Positions 26,400 through 34,162 of a DNA stretch of 64,000 nt are shown piece by piece. Position numbers and translations under genes: made by a program. The notes beneath the pieces were generated by a model. It ran no database searches, was not told the DNA's origin, and saw nothing but the letters and a program-made list of their open reading frames with translations. The DNA comes from Paracidovorax wautersii (GTDB taxonomy: Bacteria; Pseudomonadota; Gammaproteobacteria; Burkholderiales; Burkholderiaceae_C). Within the stretch, counting starts at the first letter, position 1. Each line of letters opens with the position of its first letter. The stretch is from the NCBI GenBank assembly GCA_009912175.1, contig WNDQ01000017.1, positions 2,402-66,401 on the forward strand, in the 5' to 3' direction.

Positions 26400-26846
26400 T
26401 TACTCGGCGCCGGACTTGCCACCCTTGAGGCTGTCGCGGATCTCGCGCAGCAGCACGATGTCTTCCGGTGTCACCGCCGGCTCGGGCGGGGCGGCGGGGG
26501 CTTCGCGCTTGAGGCGGTTGATCTGCTTGATCATCAGGAAAATGATGAAGGCCAGGATCAGGAAGTTGACCGCGACCGTGATGAAGCTGCCATAGGCAAA
26601 CACGGGGACACCCGCGCCACGCAATGCGTCCAGGTTGTTGGCGGCCCCGGCGGGGACGTGGCCCAGCACGATGTAGAAACTGGAGAAGTCGAGGTTGCCG
26701 ATGACCGCGCCCACCAGCGGCATGATCACGTCCTTAACCAGCGAGTCGACGATCTTGCCGAAAGCGCCGCCGATGATCACACCGACCGCCAAGTCGATCA
26801 CATTGCCCTTGATGGCGAGCTGTTTGAATTCCTGCAACATGCTCAT
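26400..26846 (-). CDS. mscL: large-conductance mechanosensitive channel
   Basis: ATG 26846 with an AAGGAGC ribosome-binding site: [33 protein letters not shown]... Confidence 0.9.
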   Translation of the reverse strand: MSMLQEFKQLAIKGNVIDLAVGVIIGGAFGKIVDSLVKDVIMPLVGAVIGNLDFSSFYIVLGHVPAGAANNLDALRGAGVPVFAYGSFITVAVNFLILAFIIFLMIKQINRLKREAPAAPPEPAVTPEDIVLLREIRDSLKGGKSGAE

Positions 26847-27020
26847 GAGGGTGCTCCTTCGTGTTGTGGATGTACAAAGAAAGAAGTACAAAAAAAGAAG
26901 TGGTCCGGGCCCGATTATGGAGCGCTCTCGGTGGTTTTGTCAGCTTTCTGTTTGGCGTGCGTGTGGCCGCACCTGTCCGAGGCGGCAAGGGGGCTGGCGC
27001 TTGGGCACGGCACGCAGGCC

Positions 27021-27056
27021 GCAGGCCGTCATTTCGAATCCGGCAACCGGCCTCCA
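27021..27056 (+). other. degenerate copy of the 3' end of tRNA-Thr (att-like relic or pseudo-tRNA fragment)
   Basis: GCAGGCCGTCATTTCGAATCCGGCAACCGGCCTCCA versus tRNA 28765-28799 GTAGGTCGTCAGTTCGAATCCGACAACCGGCACCA (about 30 of 36 positions match). There is no tRNA-like 5' half upstream. Confidence 0.5.
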
Positions 27057-27372
27057 TGCCGGGTCCGCCCTGCGTGCCGAAGGAGGGGATGCCCACCCAG
27101 TCGGGGGCCGACGCCCGTGTGGCGTGATCGGGAACTGGCAATTGCCGAGCAAGATCAGGGATAATGGCCGGTTCGCAGCCCTTGGGCGGGTTGCGCGGGC
27201 CGGGCCTGACGAGGCTGTCCTTTACCTGCTGCATGCCACCACGCAACGACGACGCACAACACGGCGCTCCGATCTTCGCCGCCGGCTTCGCAAGCCTGGC
27301 GGTGCCTGCCGTGGCGCGGTCTGCCGTGGCCGCCAGCAGATCTCTCAGGTCCAGCAAACCCATGACTTATCC

Positions 27373-27418
27373 GGGAGGGGCGTGCCACCAGCGCGCGCCG
27401 CTCCCTTTTTGATTTTTT
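27373..27418 (+). terminator. orphan rho-independent terminator just upstream of sspA
   Basis: GGGAGGGGCG...CGCCGCTCCC stem followed by TTTTTGATTTTTT. No convincing plus-strand gene ends here. Confidence 0.55.
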
Positions 27419-27432
27419 AGGAGCGCATTGCC

Positions 27433-28044
27433 ATGATGGTGCTGTATTCGGGAACCACGTGTCCGTATTCCCACCGTTGCCGTTTCGTCCTGTTCGAAAA
27501 AGGCATGGACTTCGAGATCCGTGACGTCGACCTCTACAACAAGCCAGAGGACATCAGCGTCATGAACCCCTACGGCCAGGTGCCCATCCTGGTCGAGCGC
27601 GACCTGACCCTGTACGAGTCGAACATCATCAACGAGTACATCGACGAGCGCTTCCCCCACCCGCAGCTCATGCCTGGCGACCCGGTGGACCGCGCCCGCG
27701 TGCGCCTGTTCCTGCTCAACTTCGAGAAGGAACTGTTCGCCCATGTCTCCACACTCGAAACCCGCGGCGCCAAGCCCGGAGACAAGGGCCAGGAAAAGGC
27801 CCGCACCCACATCAGCGACCGCCTGACCCAGCTCGCGCCCGTGTTCCTCAAGAACAAATACATGCTGGGCGACAACTTCTCCATGCTCGACGTGGCCATT
27901 GCCCCGCTGCTGTGGCGCCTCGATTACTATGGCATCGAGCTGTCCAAGAACGCCGCGCCGCTGCTCAAGTACGCCGAACGCATCTTCTCGCGCCCGGCCT
28001 ACATCGAGGCCCTGACGCCGTCCGAGAAGGTCATGCGCAAGTAA
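27433..28044 (+). CDS. sspA: stringent starvation protein A (GST-like)
   Basis: 203 aa; MMVLYSGTTCPYSHRCRFVLFEKGMDFEIRDVD...LYESNIINEYIDERFPHPQLMP. Confidence 0.9.
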   Translation: MMVLYSGTTCPYSHRCRFVLFEKGMDFEIRDVDLYNKPEDISVMNPYGQVPILVERDLTLYESNIINEYIDERFPHPQLMPGDPVDRARVRLFLLNFEKELFAHVSTLETRGAKPGDKGQEKARTHISDRLTQLAPVFLKNKYMLGDNFSMLDVAIAPLLWRLDYYGIELSKNAAPLLKYAERIFSRPAYIEALTPSEKVMRK

Positions 28045-28126
28045 GCCCACCCGGGTACGCTTCACCACACGCGAGGCCGCAGGTCATCCTGGCGGCCTCG
28101 TCTTTTTCGATCGAACCAACGGTCCT

Positions 28127-28657
28127 ATGTCTGACATCGCCAACACCTCGACGCGTCCCTACCTGATCCGCGCGCTGCACGAATGGTGCACGGACAACGG
28201 TCTGACGCCCTACATTGCCGCCCATGTCGACGGCTCCGTGCAGGTTCCGCTGGAGTACGTCAAGGACAGCGAGATCGTGCTCAACGTCAGCTACGACGCC
28301 ACCAGCTCGCTCAAGCTGGGCAATGACTTCATCGAGTTCAAGGCCCGCTTTGGCGGCGCCGCCCGCGAAATCATGGTGCCGATCGACCACGTGGTCGCCA
28401 TCTACGCCCGCGAAAACGGCCAGGGCATGGCCTTCCCGCCGCCCACCGCGCCCGACCCGGCCGGCCTGACATCCGTTGACGCCCCCGCCGCCGCTCCCCA
28501 GCCGCCCGCGGCACCCGCCGTGCAACTGGTCGTGGCCTCGTCCGACGAAGGCGCCGGCGCCAAGGACCGCAAGACACCGCCCGCCAGCGACCGCGACGAC
28601 GAACCCCCACCGTCCCCGCCCGCCGGCTCGCGCCCTGCGCTCAAGCGCGTCAAGTAG
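28127..28657 (+). CDS. sspB: ClpXP protease specificity-enhancing factor SspB
   Basis: 176 aa; RPYLIRALHEWCTDNGLTPYI..., C-terminal ...RPALKRVK ClpX-binding-type tail. Confidence 0.85.
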   Translation: MSDIANTSTRPYLIRALHEWCTDNGLTPYIAAHVDGSVQVPLEYVKDSEIVLNVSYDATSSLKLGNDFIEFKARFGGAAREIMVPIDHVVAIYARENGQGMAFPPPTAPDPAGLTSVDAPAAAPQPPAAPAVQLVVASSDEGAGAKDRKTPPASDRDDEPPPSPPAGSRPALKRVK

Positions 28658-28723
28658 TCCCCGAACGAACGCCCGGATTTGGGCAAAAGGCAGGGCGCGA
28701 GCCCTTACAATACGCCCCAGTTT

Positions 28724-28799
28724 GCCGGTTTAGCTCAGTTGGTAGAGCACCCGCCTTGTAAGCGGTAGGTCGTCAGTTCGAATCCGACAACCGGCACCA
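28724..28799 (+). tRNA. tRNA-Thr (anticodon UGU), 76 nt with encoded CCA
   Basis: GCCGGTT acceptor stem, GCTC/GAGC D stem, anticodon loop CTTGTAA, T loop TTCGAAT, AACCGGC-A-CCA 3' end. The T stem has one A:C mismatch (28775:28785). An integrase gene follows directly. Confidence 0.9.
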
Positions 28800-28809
28800 G
28801 GACACCATG

Positions 28810-28846
28810 CAGGGTTGTGCAGCATATGCACAACCCTGTTTGTTTT
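28810..28846 (+). terminator. rho-independent terminator after tRNA-Thr
   Basis: Perfect 12-bp stem CAGGGTTGTGCA-GCATA-TGCACAACCCTG followed by TTTGTTTT. Confidence 0.6.
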
Positions 28847-28910
28847 CATGGGGTTGCAAGAGCTGACCAGGGTATAAAGTGCACCAATTGCACGGTTTTG
28901 CATAGTCCGT

Positions 28911-28943
28911 GTTCCCACTTTTTCCCCAAGCTGTTCCCACTTT
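28911..28943 (+). promoter_or_regulatory. direct repeats GTTCCCACTTT x2 upstream of int (candidate arm-type Int sites or int promoter region)
   Basis: Identical 11-mers at 28911-28921 and 28933-28943 (22-nt phasing), ending 4 nt before the int ATG. Confidence 0.35.
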
Positions 28944-28946
28944 CAC

Positions 28947-29984
28947 ATGGCAACCCCAATCAAGACCGCCGCGGGCACGTGGCGGGTGCAGATCAAGGTC
29001 GGCGAGACGCGCGACGCGGCGACATTTCCTACAAAGCGTGAGGCCATTGAGTGGGCCGAGGCGCGCCGGCTGGAGCTTCGGCAGGAGCGGGGCGGCAAGG
29101 CGGCTGGCAAGGGGGCTGGCAAGACGCTCAAGGATGCCGTGGACCGGTACATGGAGGAAATCACGTCGACGAAGCGCGGCGAGAATTTCGAGAACACGCG
29201 GTTGCTGGCGTTTCTGCGCGACCCACTGTTTCCGAGCAAGAAGCTGATCGGCGATGTGGGGACCGACGACATGGCGCGGTGGCGAGATGGCCGGCAAGCG
29301 AAGGTGAAGCCGGGGACGGTGCTGCGCGAAATCACGATCATGACGCACCTGTTCGACGTGGCGCGGCGTGAGTGGCGGTGGATCAGCGCGAACCCAATGG
29401 ATGACATGCGGCGGCCGTCGAAGCCGGCGCACCGGGAGCGGGTGATTTCCGGGCCGGAGATCCGCCGGATGCTGCGCGTGATGGGCTGGAGCCGGCATAA
29501 GCCGGTGCGGTCAGCCGGGCAGGCGGTGGCGGCGTGCTTTCTTGGGGCGCTGCAGACGGGTATGCGCGCTGGCGAGCTGTGCGGACTGGAGTGGAGCGAT
29601 GTGCGGGCGAATTACTGCGTGCTGCACGATGGCAAGACCAAGACCGGCAAGGGCCGGCATGTGCCGCTGACGCCGGCGGCGCTGCGCAATCTGGAGTCGA
29701 TGCGCGGCTGGGACGATGCGACGGTGATGGGCATCCAGACGAAGAGCCTGGACGCGCTGTTTCGCAAGTACCGTGAGAGGGCGGGGCTGTCCGGCTTTAC
29801 CTTCCACGACACAAGGCATACAGCCGCTACGCGGATGGCGCAGCGGCTGCATGTGTTGGACTTGTGCAAGGTGTTCGGGTGGACGAACACGGCGCGGGCG
29901 CTGACGTACTACAACCCTTCGGCGGCGGATATCGCAGCGCGCCTTACTGGCGGCGATGCAGCTCCCATTCGACGATCTCGCTGA
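28947..29984 (+). CDS. int: tyrosine-type phage integrase
   Basis: 345 aa; ...RAGELCGLEWSDV..., HDTRHTAATRMA and LTYYNPS catalytic-domain boxes. Adjacent to the tRNA. Confidence 0.9.
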   Translation: MATPIKTAAGTWRVQIKVGETRDAATFPTKREAIEWAEARRLELRQERGGKAAGKGAGKTLKDAVDRYMEEITSTKRGENFENTRLLAFLRDPLFPSKKLIGDVGTDDMARWRDGRQAKVKPGTVLREITIMTHLFDVARREWRWISANPMDDMRRPSKPAHRERVISGPEIRRMLRVMGWSRHKPVRSAGQAVAACFLGALQTGMRAGELCGLEWSDVRANYCVLHDGKTKTGKGRHVPLTPAALRNLESMRGWDDATVMGIQTKSLDALFRKYRERAGLSGFTFHDTRHTAATRMAQRLHVLDLCKVFGWTNTARALTYYNPSAADIAARLTGGDAAPIRRSR

Positions 29985-30177
29985 GCAGCCATTTTCCGTC
30001 GCGGCCAGGGCGGGGCAGGGATTTGTCGGCTGCCAGGCGGGTGGCGAGCGTGTTGCGGTGGATGCCCCAGCGCTCGGCCAGCTCGGCGCGGGTGATGCGC
30101 GTGCCGGATTTCTGCAGCATGGTCTGGACGGCGCTGGCCAGGATCAGGAAGCCTTCGGCGATCTTGGCGTCGGTCAT
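29944..30177 (-). CDS. small HTH DNA-binding protein (excisionase/AlpA-like)
   Basis: ATG 30177: MTDAKIAEGF...RITRAELAERWGIHRNTLATRLA... Its 3' end overlaps the int 3' end convergently by 41 nt. Last gene of the minus-strand operon. Confidence 0.6.
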   Translation of the reverse strand: MTDAKIAEGFLILASAVQTMLQKSGTRITRAELAERWGIHRNTLATRLAADKSLPRPGRDGKWLLSEIVEWELHRRQ

Positions 30178-31088
30178 CGGATTCTCTCTTTTTCGCTGTC
30201 GTGGTCCAGGGCAGCATCGGCGGCATCGCAAATCTGCGCCACTGTCCGCGTCTCGTCGCCGAGCTTGAAGGCGCTGTCTTCGCGTATTGGTCCCTTCAGG
30301 CAGCATGCAGATTGGAGCGTGCCAGCGGCCCAACGCAGGGCCTCGCGCAGTTCTGCGATGGATTCGATGATGGGCTCTGCGCCTCCATCATCCGGGTCCA
30401 GACCCATCGCCTCGTTGATGGCGCCCAATGCCTCGCACGCGGCATGGAACATGCGACGGTATTGCTCGCGGCTTGTCGTGTCGCCGTCGTCGGCCTGGGC
30501 GCGGGGCGGGTGGCCTGCGTAGAGCGTGTGGTCGCCGTCCGGCAGATCGCGTGCGCCGTCCAGCCACTCAACAACCGTCCGTTGGTTGCCATCAGCGTAG
30601 ATGCGCATCACAGGCTCTGCCTCCTGCCCTTGGGCGGCGATCAGTCGGGCAACCTCGGCAACCGGATCACCTTCTTCCTCCATGCCGAGTGCGCGGAGGA
30701 TGAGGCAGTAGTTGCTCGCGTCTGTCTTGCTCACGGAAACCATATCTTGTCTTTGGGCCGCCAGAACTCCATCGATCGCAAGGTGGAACGTGTCGTGGCA
30801 CTGCTGCGCGAACGCTTTCGGGACCATCCGAGCTTCGGCGCCATCAGGGCAGCAATCACGATACTTTGCATCGACGGTGCCGATGCTGCCGCAGCCAGGG
30901 CAGTAGCGCACCAGCGGCCCCCCTCCATCCCCCTTGGGGGCAGCAGCAACTTTTTTCAGGATCTGCAGGGCTTCGTACATGAGCAGCGTGGCCGTGTTTT
31001 CTTGGCCATAGCGGCCGATGTATTGCGTCAGATTTTCAGCCATGCTGGCGGCTTCGCGCGGCAGGGTGGATTTAGGGGTGGTGGTCAT
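30174..31088 (-). CDS. hypothetical phage protein (304 aa) with a Cys cluster CPGCG...CCPDG
   Basis: ATGA overlaps at both ends with neighbouring genes. Acidic, non-repetitive sequence. No family recognised. Confidence 0.55.
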   Translation of the reverse strand: MTTTPKSTLPREAASMAENLTQYIGRYGQENTATLLMYEALQILKKVAAAPKGDGGGPLVRYCPGCGSIGTVDAKYRDCCPDGAEARMVPKAFAQQCHDTFHLAIDGVLAAQRQDMVSVSKTDASNYCLILRALGMEEEGDPVAEVARLIAAQGQEAEPVMRIYADGNQRTVVEWLDGARDLPDGDHTLYAGHPPRAQADDGDTTSREQYRRMFHAACEALGAINEAMGLDPDDGGAEPIIESIAELREALRWAAGTLQSACCLKGPIREDSAFKLGDETRTVAQICDAADAALDHDSEKERIR

Positions 31089-31582
31089 GCTGCTTTCCTT
31101 TCGATGTGCAGGCCCTGGGCGCGGAGCTGGGCTTCGGCTTTTTTGCTGATGCGGGAGAGTTCGCCGCGGGAGACGTGCTGGAGTTGTCCGCGGAAGAGGT
31201 CGCGCAGGAACAGGAGGGCCTGGGCTTCAATGGCGGTGACGGCGGGGGCGTGCCACTGGCCGCCATCGACGGCGCGGGCGAAGATGGCGCCGAGGGTTTG
31301 GCCGGCCTGGTCGAGGGCTGGCAGTTGGCCGCAGACGATGCCGCTGCGCTCGATGGCCAGGGCGATGAGGTGGGCGCCGCGGGTGATGGACCAATCGTCA
31401 TGCGTGCCCTGGCCGGCGATGAGGGCGTTGATGCTGGCGGTGGTGGGGCGGATGATGGCGGCGAGTTCGTCGGGCTGGAGTTTGGCGGCGCGGTTGGCGG
31501 CGATGGCGAACGGCGTAGGGCCGACCTGGGTCTTGGTCTGGCGGGCCTGGACGGCGGCGCGGTGGATGTAGCGGGTTTTCAT
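31085..31582 (-). CDS. hypothetical phage protein (165 aa)
   Basis: High third-position GC; start/stop coupled with neighbours. No family recognised. Confidence 0.55.
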   Translation of the reverse strand: MKTRYIHRAAVQARQTKTQVGPTPFAIAANRAAKLQPDELAAIIRPTTASINALIAGQGTHDDWSITRGAHLIALAIERSGIVCGQLPALDQAGQTLGAIFARAVDGGQWHAPAVTAIEAQALLFLRDLFRGQLQHVSRGELSRISKKAEAQLRAQGLHIERKAA

Positions 31583-32889
31583 GCGGCGGCCCTTTCAATG
31601 CGCGCTGGCACGGCGAAGAAGTTGGACAAGTGCTGCTGCAGCCTGGAGTGGTACGACGCCATTTCCGACCTGGCGGAGCTGGTGAGCGCGGGATTCGTCC
31701 ACCAGATAGGCCATCCCATCAGCCAGCAGGCGAACGCCGGGTTCAACCGCCGGGGCAAGGTCCGGCCGGTTGGCGACAATGGCCGCCCATCGAGGGTCGA
31801 GCGGACCGGGTGCGAAAAGTGGTGTTCCACGTAGTTCGGGAGCTGTTCGCCGCCCGTGTGGTTGCGGTTGGCCTGGCTGTTCTGGCTGTTCGGGGTACGG
31901 TAGTCGCGGCTGGCCGGCGTGGGCCATTCGCCCGCCATCGAGTGCAGGCTGTGACCCCTCTTCCCGCTGTCGATGCAGCCCTTGCCGCCGGCTTGTTCGC
32001 TGTCCGACATCGTTGGCGTCGGCCACTGCGCCGCTGCGCTCGGTAGCATCAGGTCGCCGCGACTCCCGGCTTGATTCGGGCCGCCCTTGGTGCCGTCCGT
32101 TGCACGAGGTGTGGGCCATGTCCTGGCTTGTTCGGCAAAGGTCGGATTGCCCTGGCCCCGACCGTAGTTGCCCTGTCGCTTGGCATCCGCTGCTGCAGGT
32201 GTTTGCCATTGCTTTGCTGCCAGTGCAATCGTCGGCCTGGATGCCGCGCCCGGCGATGGGCTGCGGTTGATCCGCTCGCCGCCCGTGTCCGGTGTCGGCC
32301 ATGCGCCAGGCGATGCAAAACCAGCGCTCTCGCCCATGGCTGGCTCCCACGTCGGACGCGGATAGATGGAGCCATTCCGCGTTCCACCCGCGGTCGGCCA
32401 GTTCTCCCACGACGCGGGCGGCGGCTCTTTCTTCGAGTGGCCCTTGGGCTTCGTCCATAGCGGAGGCGGTGGCAGTAGCGATGGCTGAGACGTTCTCCAG
32501 AAAGAGGCCTGACGCACCGCAAGCGTCGGCGAGGTCGAGGATGTCGAAGAAGAGGCCGGAGCGTTTGCCGTCAAGCCCAGCACGGCGGCCGGCGATGGAG
32601 ATGTCCTGGCACGGGAAGCCTGCAATGATCCAATCCACGCATCCGCGCCACGCTGTGCCGTCGAAGGTGAGCAGGTCAGACCAGATAGGCGCTGGAGCAA
32701 GGGCTCCCGCTTCCATGAGCGCGACAAGTTGCGCGGCTGCAGGGGCTTCCCGCTCCACGTAGCAAATGGTGCGGAGGTCGTGGCCGAGAAATCGGAGTGC
32801 AGCCCGGGCGCCGAGGCCGAGCATGCCGACGCCGGCGCAGAGTTCGATGGCGGTGAAGGTTGCGCCCTGGGGAGGTAGAGCCATGTCAT
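31579..32889 (-). other. 436-codon ORF in the +1 frame fully overlapping the methyltransferase gene (frame B); second product, frameshift partner or artefact
   Basis: MTWLYLP...SWENWPTAGGTRNG...5x W(P/Q)TP...RRLNPAFACWLMGWPIWWT... ATGA overlaps with both neighbouring genes. Higher third-position GC than frame A over the distal two thirds (hand tally). Confidence 0.35.
31595..32884 (-). CDS. DNA (cytosine-5)-methyltransferase (frame A)
   Basis: Motif I ELCAGVGMLGLG, IV GFPCQDIS, VI ENV, VIII GRERWF, X QLRQVGNGVVP in canonical order. See the findings for the fully overlapping second frame. Confidence 0.75.
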   Translation of the reverse strand: MALPPQGATFTAIELCAGVGMLGLGARAALRFLGHDLRTICYVEREAPAAAQLVALMEAGALAPAPIWSDLLTFDGTAWRGCVDWIIAGFPCQDISIAGRRAGLDGKRSGLFFDILDLADACGASGLFLENVSAIATATASAMDEAQGPLEERAAARVVGELADRGWNAEWLHLSASDVGASHGRERWFCIAWRMADTGHGRRADQPQPIAGRGIQADDCTGSKAMANTCSSGCQATGQLRSGPGQSDLCRTSQDMAHTSCNGRHQGRPESSRESRRPDATERSGAVADANDVGQRTSRRQGLHRQREEGSQPALDGGRMAHAGQPRLPYPEQPEQPGQPQPHGRRTAPELRGTPLFAPGPLDPRWAAIVANRPDLAPAVEPGVRLLADGMAYLVDESRAHQLRQVGNGVVPLQAAAALVQLLRRASAH

Positions 32890-33530
32890 GCCTGTTCTTT
32901 CTCCAGCATGCGCAGGGCTTCGACGCAGCGGGCGGCGCCGAAGTATTTCTGGCCGTGGCCGGCGCTGACGGTGGTGGCTTTGCCGAAGCGGTCGAGGTTC
33001 ATGGCCTGCTGGCGCTGGTGGTGATGGGCGATGCCGGCGCAGAGTTCGATGGCCTGGCGGAGGATGTCGGCGCGGCTGACTTTTGTCATGGCGGCGGGGG
33101 CAGGGCTGTTGCAGCGGCCGGGGCAAGGGTCGGCAGACGGTTGGCTGCCGGCTTGGGCCAGGGCGGTGGCTTTGCCGGGCTGGCGCCCGCCGAAGTACAT
33201 GACGGCGGGGAGGGCGCCTTCGGCGTTTTCGGCGAGTGTGACGAGCATGCCGAGGGCTTTGGCGATGTGGTGTTCGAGCTTGGCGCCGCGGCTGGCGGTC
33301 CAGCCGGGGAGCATGTGGATGCGATCGCAGGTGATGAGCTGGTTGATGTCCTGGCGCATGCAGGTTTCCCAGGCGGTGGTTGGGTCGGCGTTGATTTCGG
33401 CGGGATTGATGACGGTGTGGCCGAGGCTGCGGAGCTGGGCGGCTTCGGCGTGGAAGGCGGGGAAGTTGAGGTCGGGCAGGCCGGTCATGGGGCCGGCGAT
33501 GTAGATGCGCTGGGGGGTGTTGCGGGTCAT
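32886..33530 (-). CDS. DUF4406 (nucleoside 2-deoxyribosyltransferase-like) domain protein with ~110-aa C-terminal extension
   Basis: ATG 33530: MTRNTPQRIYIAGPMTGLPDLNFPAFHAEAAQLRSLGHTVINPAE... Confidence 0.65.
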   Translation of the reverse strand: MTRNTPQRIYIAGPMTGLPDLNFPAFHAEAAQLRSLGHTVINPAEINADPTTAWETCMRQDINQLITCDRIHMLPGWTASRGAKLEHHIAKALGMLVTLAENAEGALPAVMYFGGRQPGKATALAQAGSQPSADPCPGRCNSPAPAAMTKVSRADILRQAIELCAGIAHHHQRQQAMNLDRFGKATTVSAGHGQKYFGAARCVEALRMLEKEQA

Positions 33531-33535
33531 GGTGG

Positions 33536-33841
33536 TCAGTCCTTTGGGTGGAGGGCGGGGTTGATGACGTGGCGGTGCGACTCGAATTGGCGCGGCAGCA
33601 CGCGGCGGCCGGCGATGAGGCTGGGGCAGGCGAGGTTGTCGAATGCGCCGGGCCGGTTGTTGGTGGGCAGCAGTTCGGGGCAGGTGTAGGCGTCGCCGGG
33701 GATGTGGCTGCTGGGGCCGCTGGGGATGGCGCGGCTGTAGCTGCACAGTGGGCGTGGATGGGCGGCCCACATGGCGCGGGCCTGGCGGTCTTGCTCGATG
33801 ACGGCGTCGAGCATGTAGCGGTTGCGGTGGTCTGCGGTCAT
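33536..33841 (-). CDS. hypothetical phage protein (101 aa)
   Basis: Fits tightly in the operon, between the 33530 start and the 33857 stop. No family recognised. Confidence 0.4.
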   Translation of the reverse strand: MTADHRNRYMLDAVIEQDRQARAMWAAHPRPLCSYSRAIPSGPSSHIPGDAYTCPELLPTNNRPGAFDNLACPSLIAGRRVLPRQFESHRHVINPALHPKD

Positions 33842-33856
33842 GGTGTTGGCGGGTGG

Positions 33857-34162
33857 TCAGATGAGGCCGGTGGCGATGGCGGGCAACAGGAATGCGATGC
33901 AGGCGATGCCGACGAGGGTGGCGACGCGCATGCCGAGGTCGGCGCGTGTTTCGCGCCGGGCGTGGGCGGCGAGGATTGCGGCAAGGTGGTGGCGGGTGAG
34001 GCGGGCCGGGTGGCCGTGGTGGCCGACGATGTGCAGGGCGGGCGTCGCCGGCCTGGCCTGCCGGCTGCGGCGCGCAGGGCGAAGGCGGTTCCAGATGTGC
34101 AGGGCGCCGAGGGCGAGGCCGGCGATGTTGGCGAGGCAGTAGGCGATGAGGATGGTTTTCAT
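33857..34162 (-). CDS. small membrane protein (101 aa, hydrophobic N- and C-termini)
   Basis: MKTILIAYCLANIAGLALGAL... and ...LVGIACIAFLLPAIATGLI. ATGA overlap with the upstream gene. Confidence 0.45.
   Translation of the reverse strand: MKTILIAYCLANIAGLALGALHIWNRLRPARRSRQARPATPALHIVGHHGHPARLTRHHLAAILAAHARRETRADLGMRVATLVGIACIAFLLPAIATGLI

Noticed and set aside
26734-27363. 209-aa minus-strand ORF (and 27164..27412 plus) in the mscL-sspA spacer
   Set aside because: No recognisable family, and its 3' part overlaps the mscL gene in another frame. Composition degrades along its length. It is kept only as context for the spacer finding.
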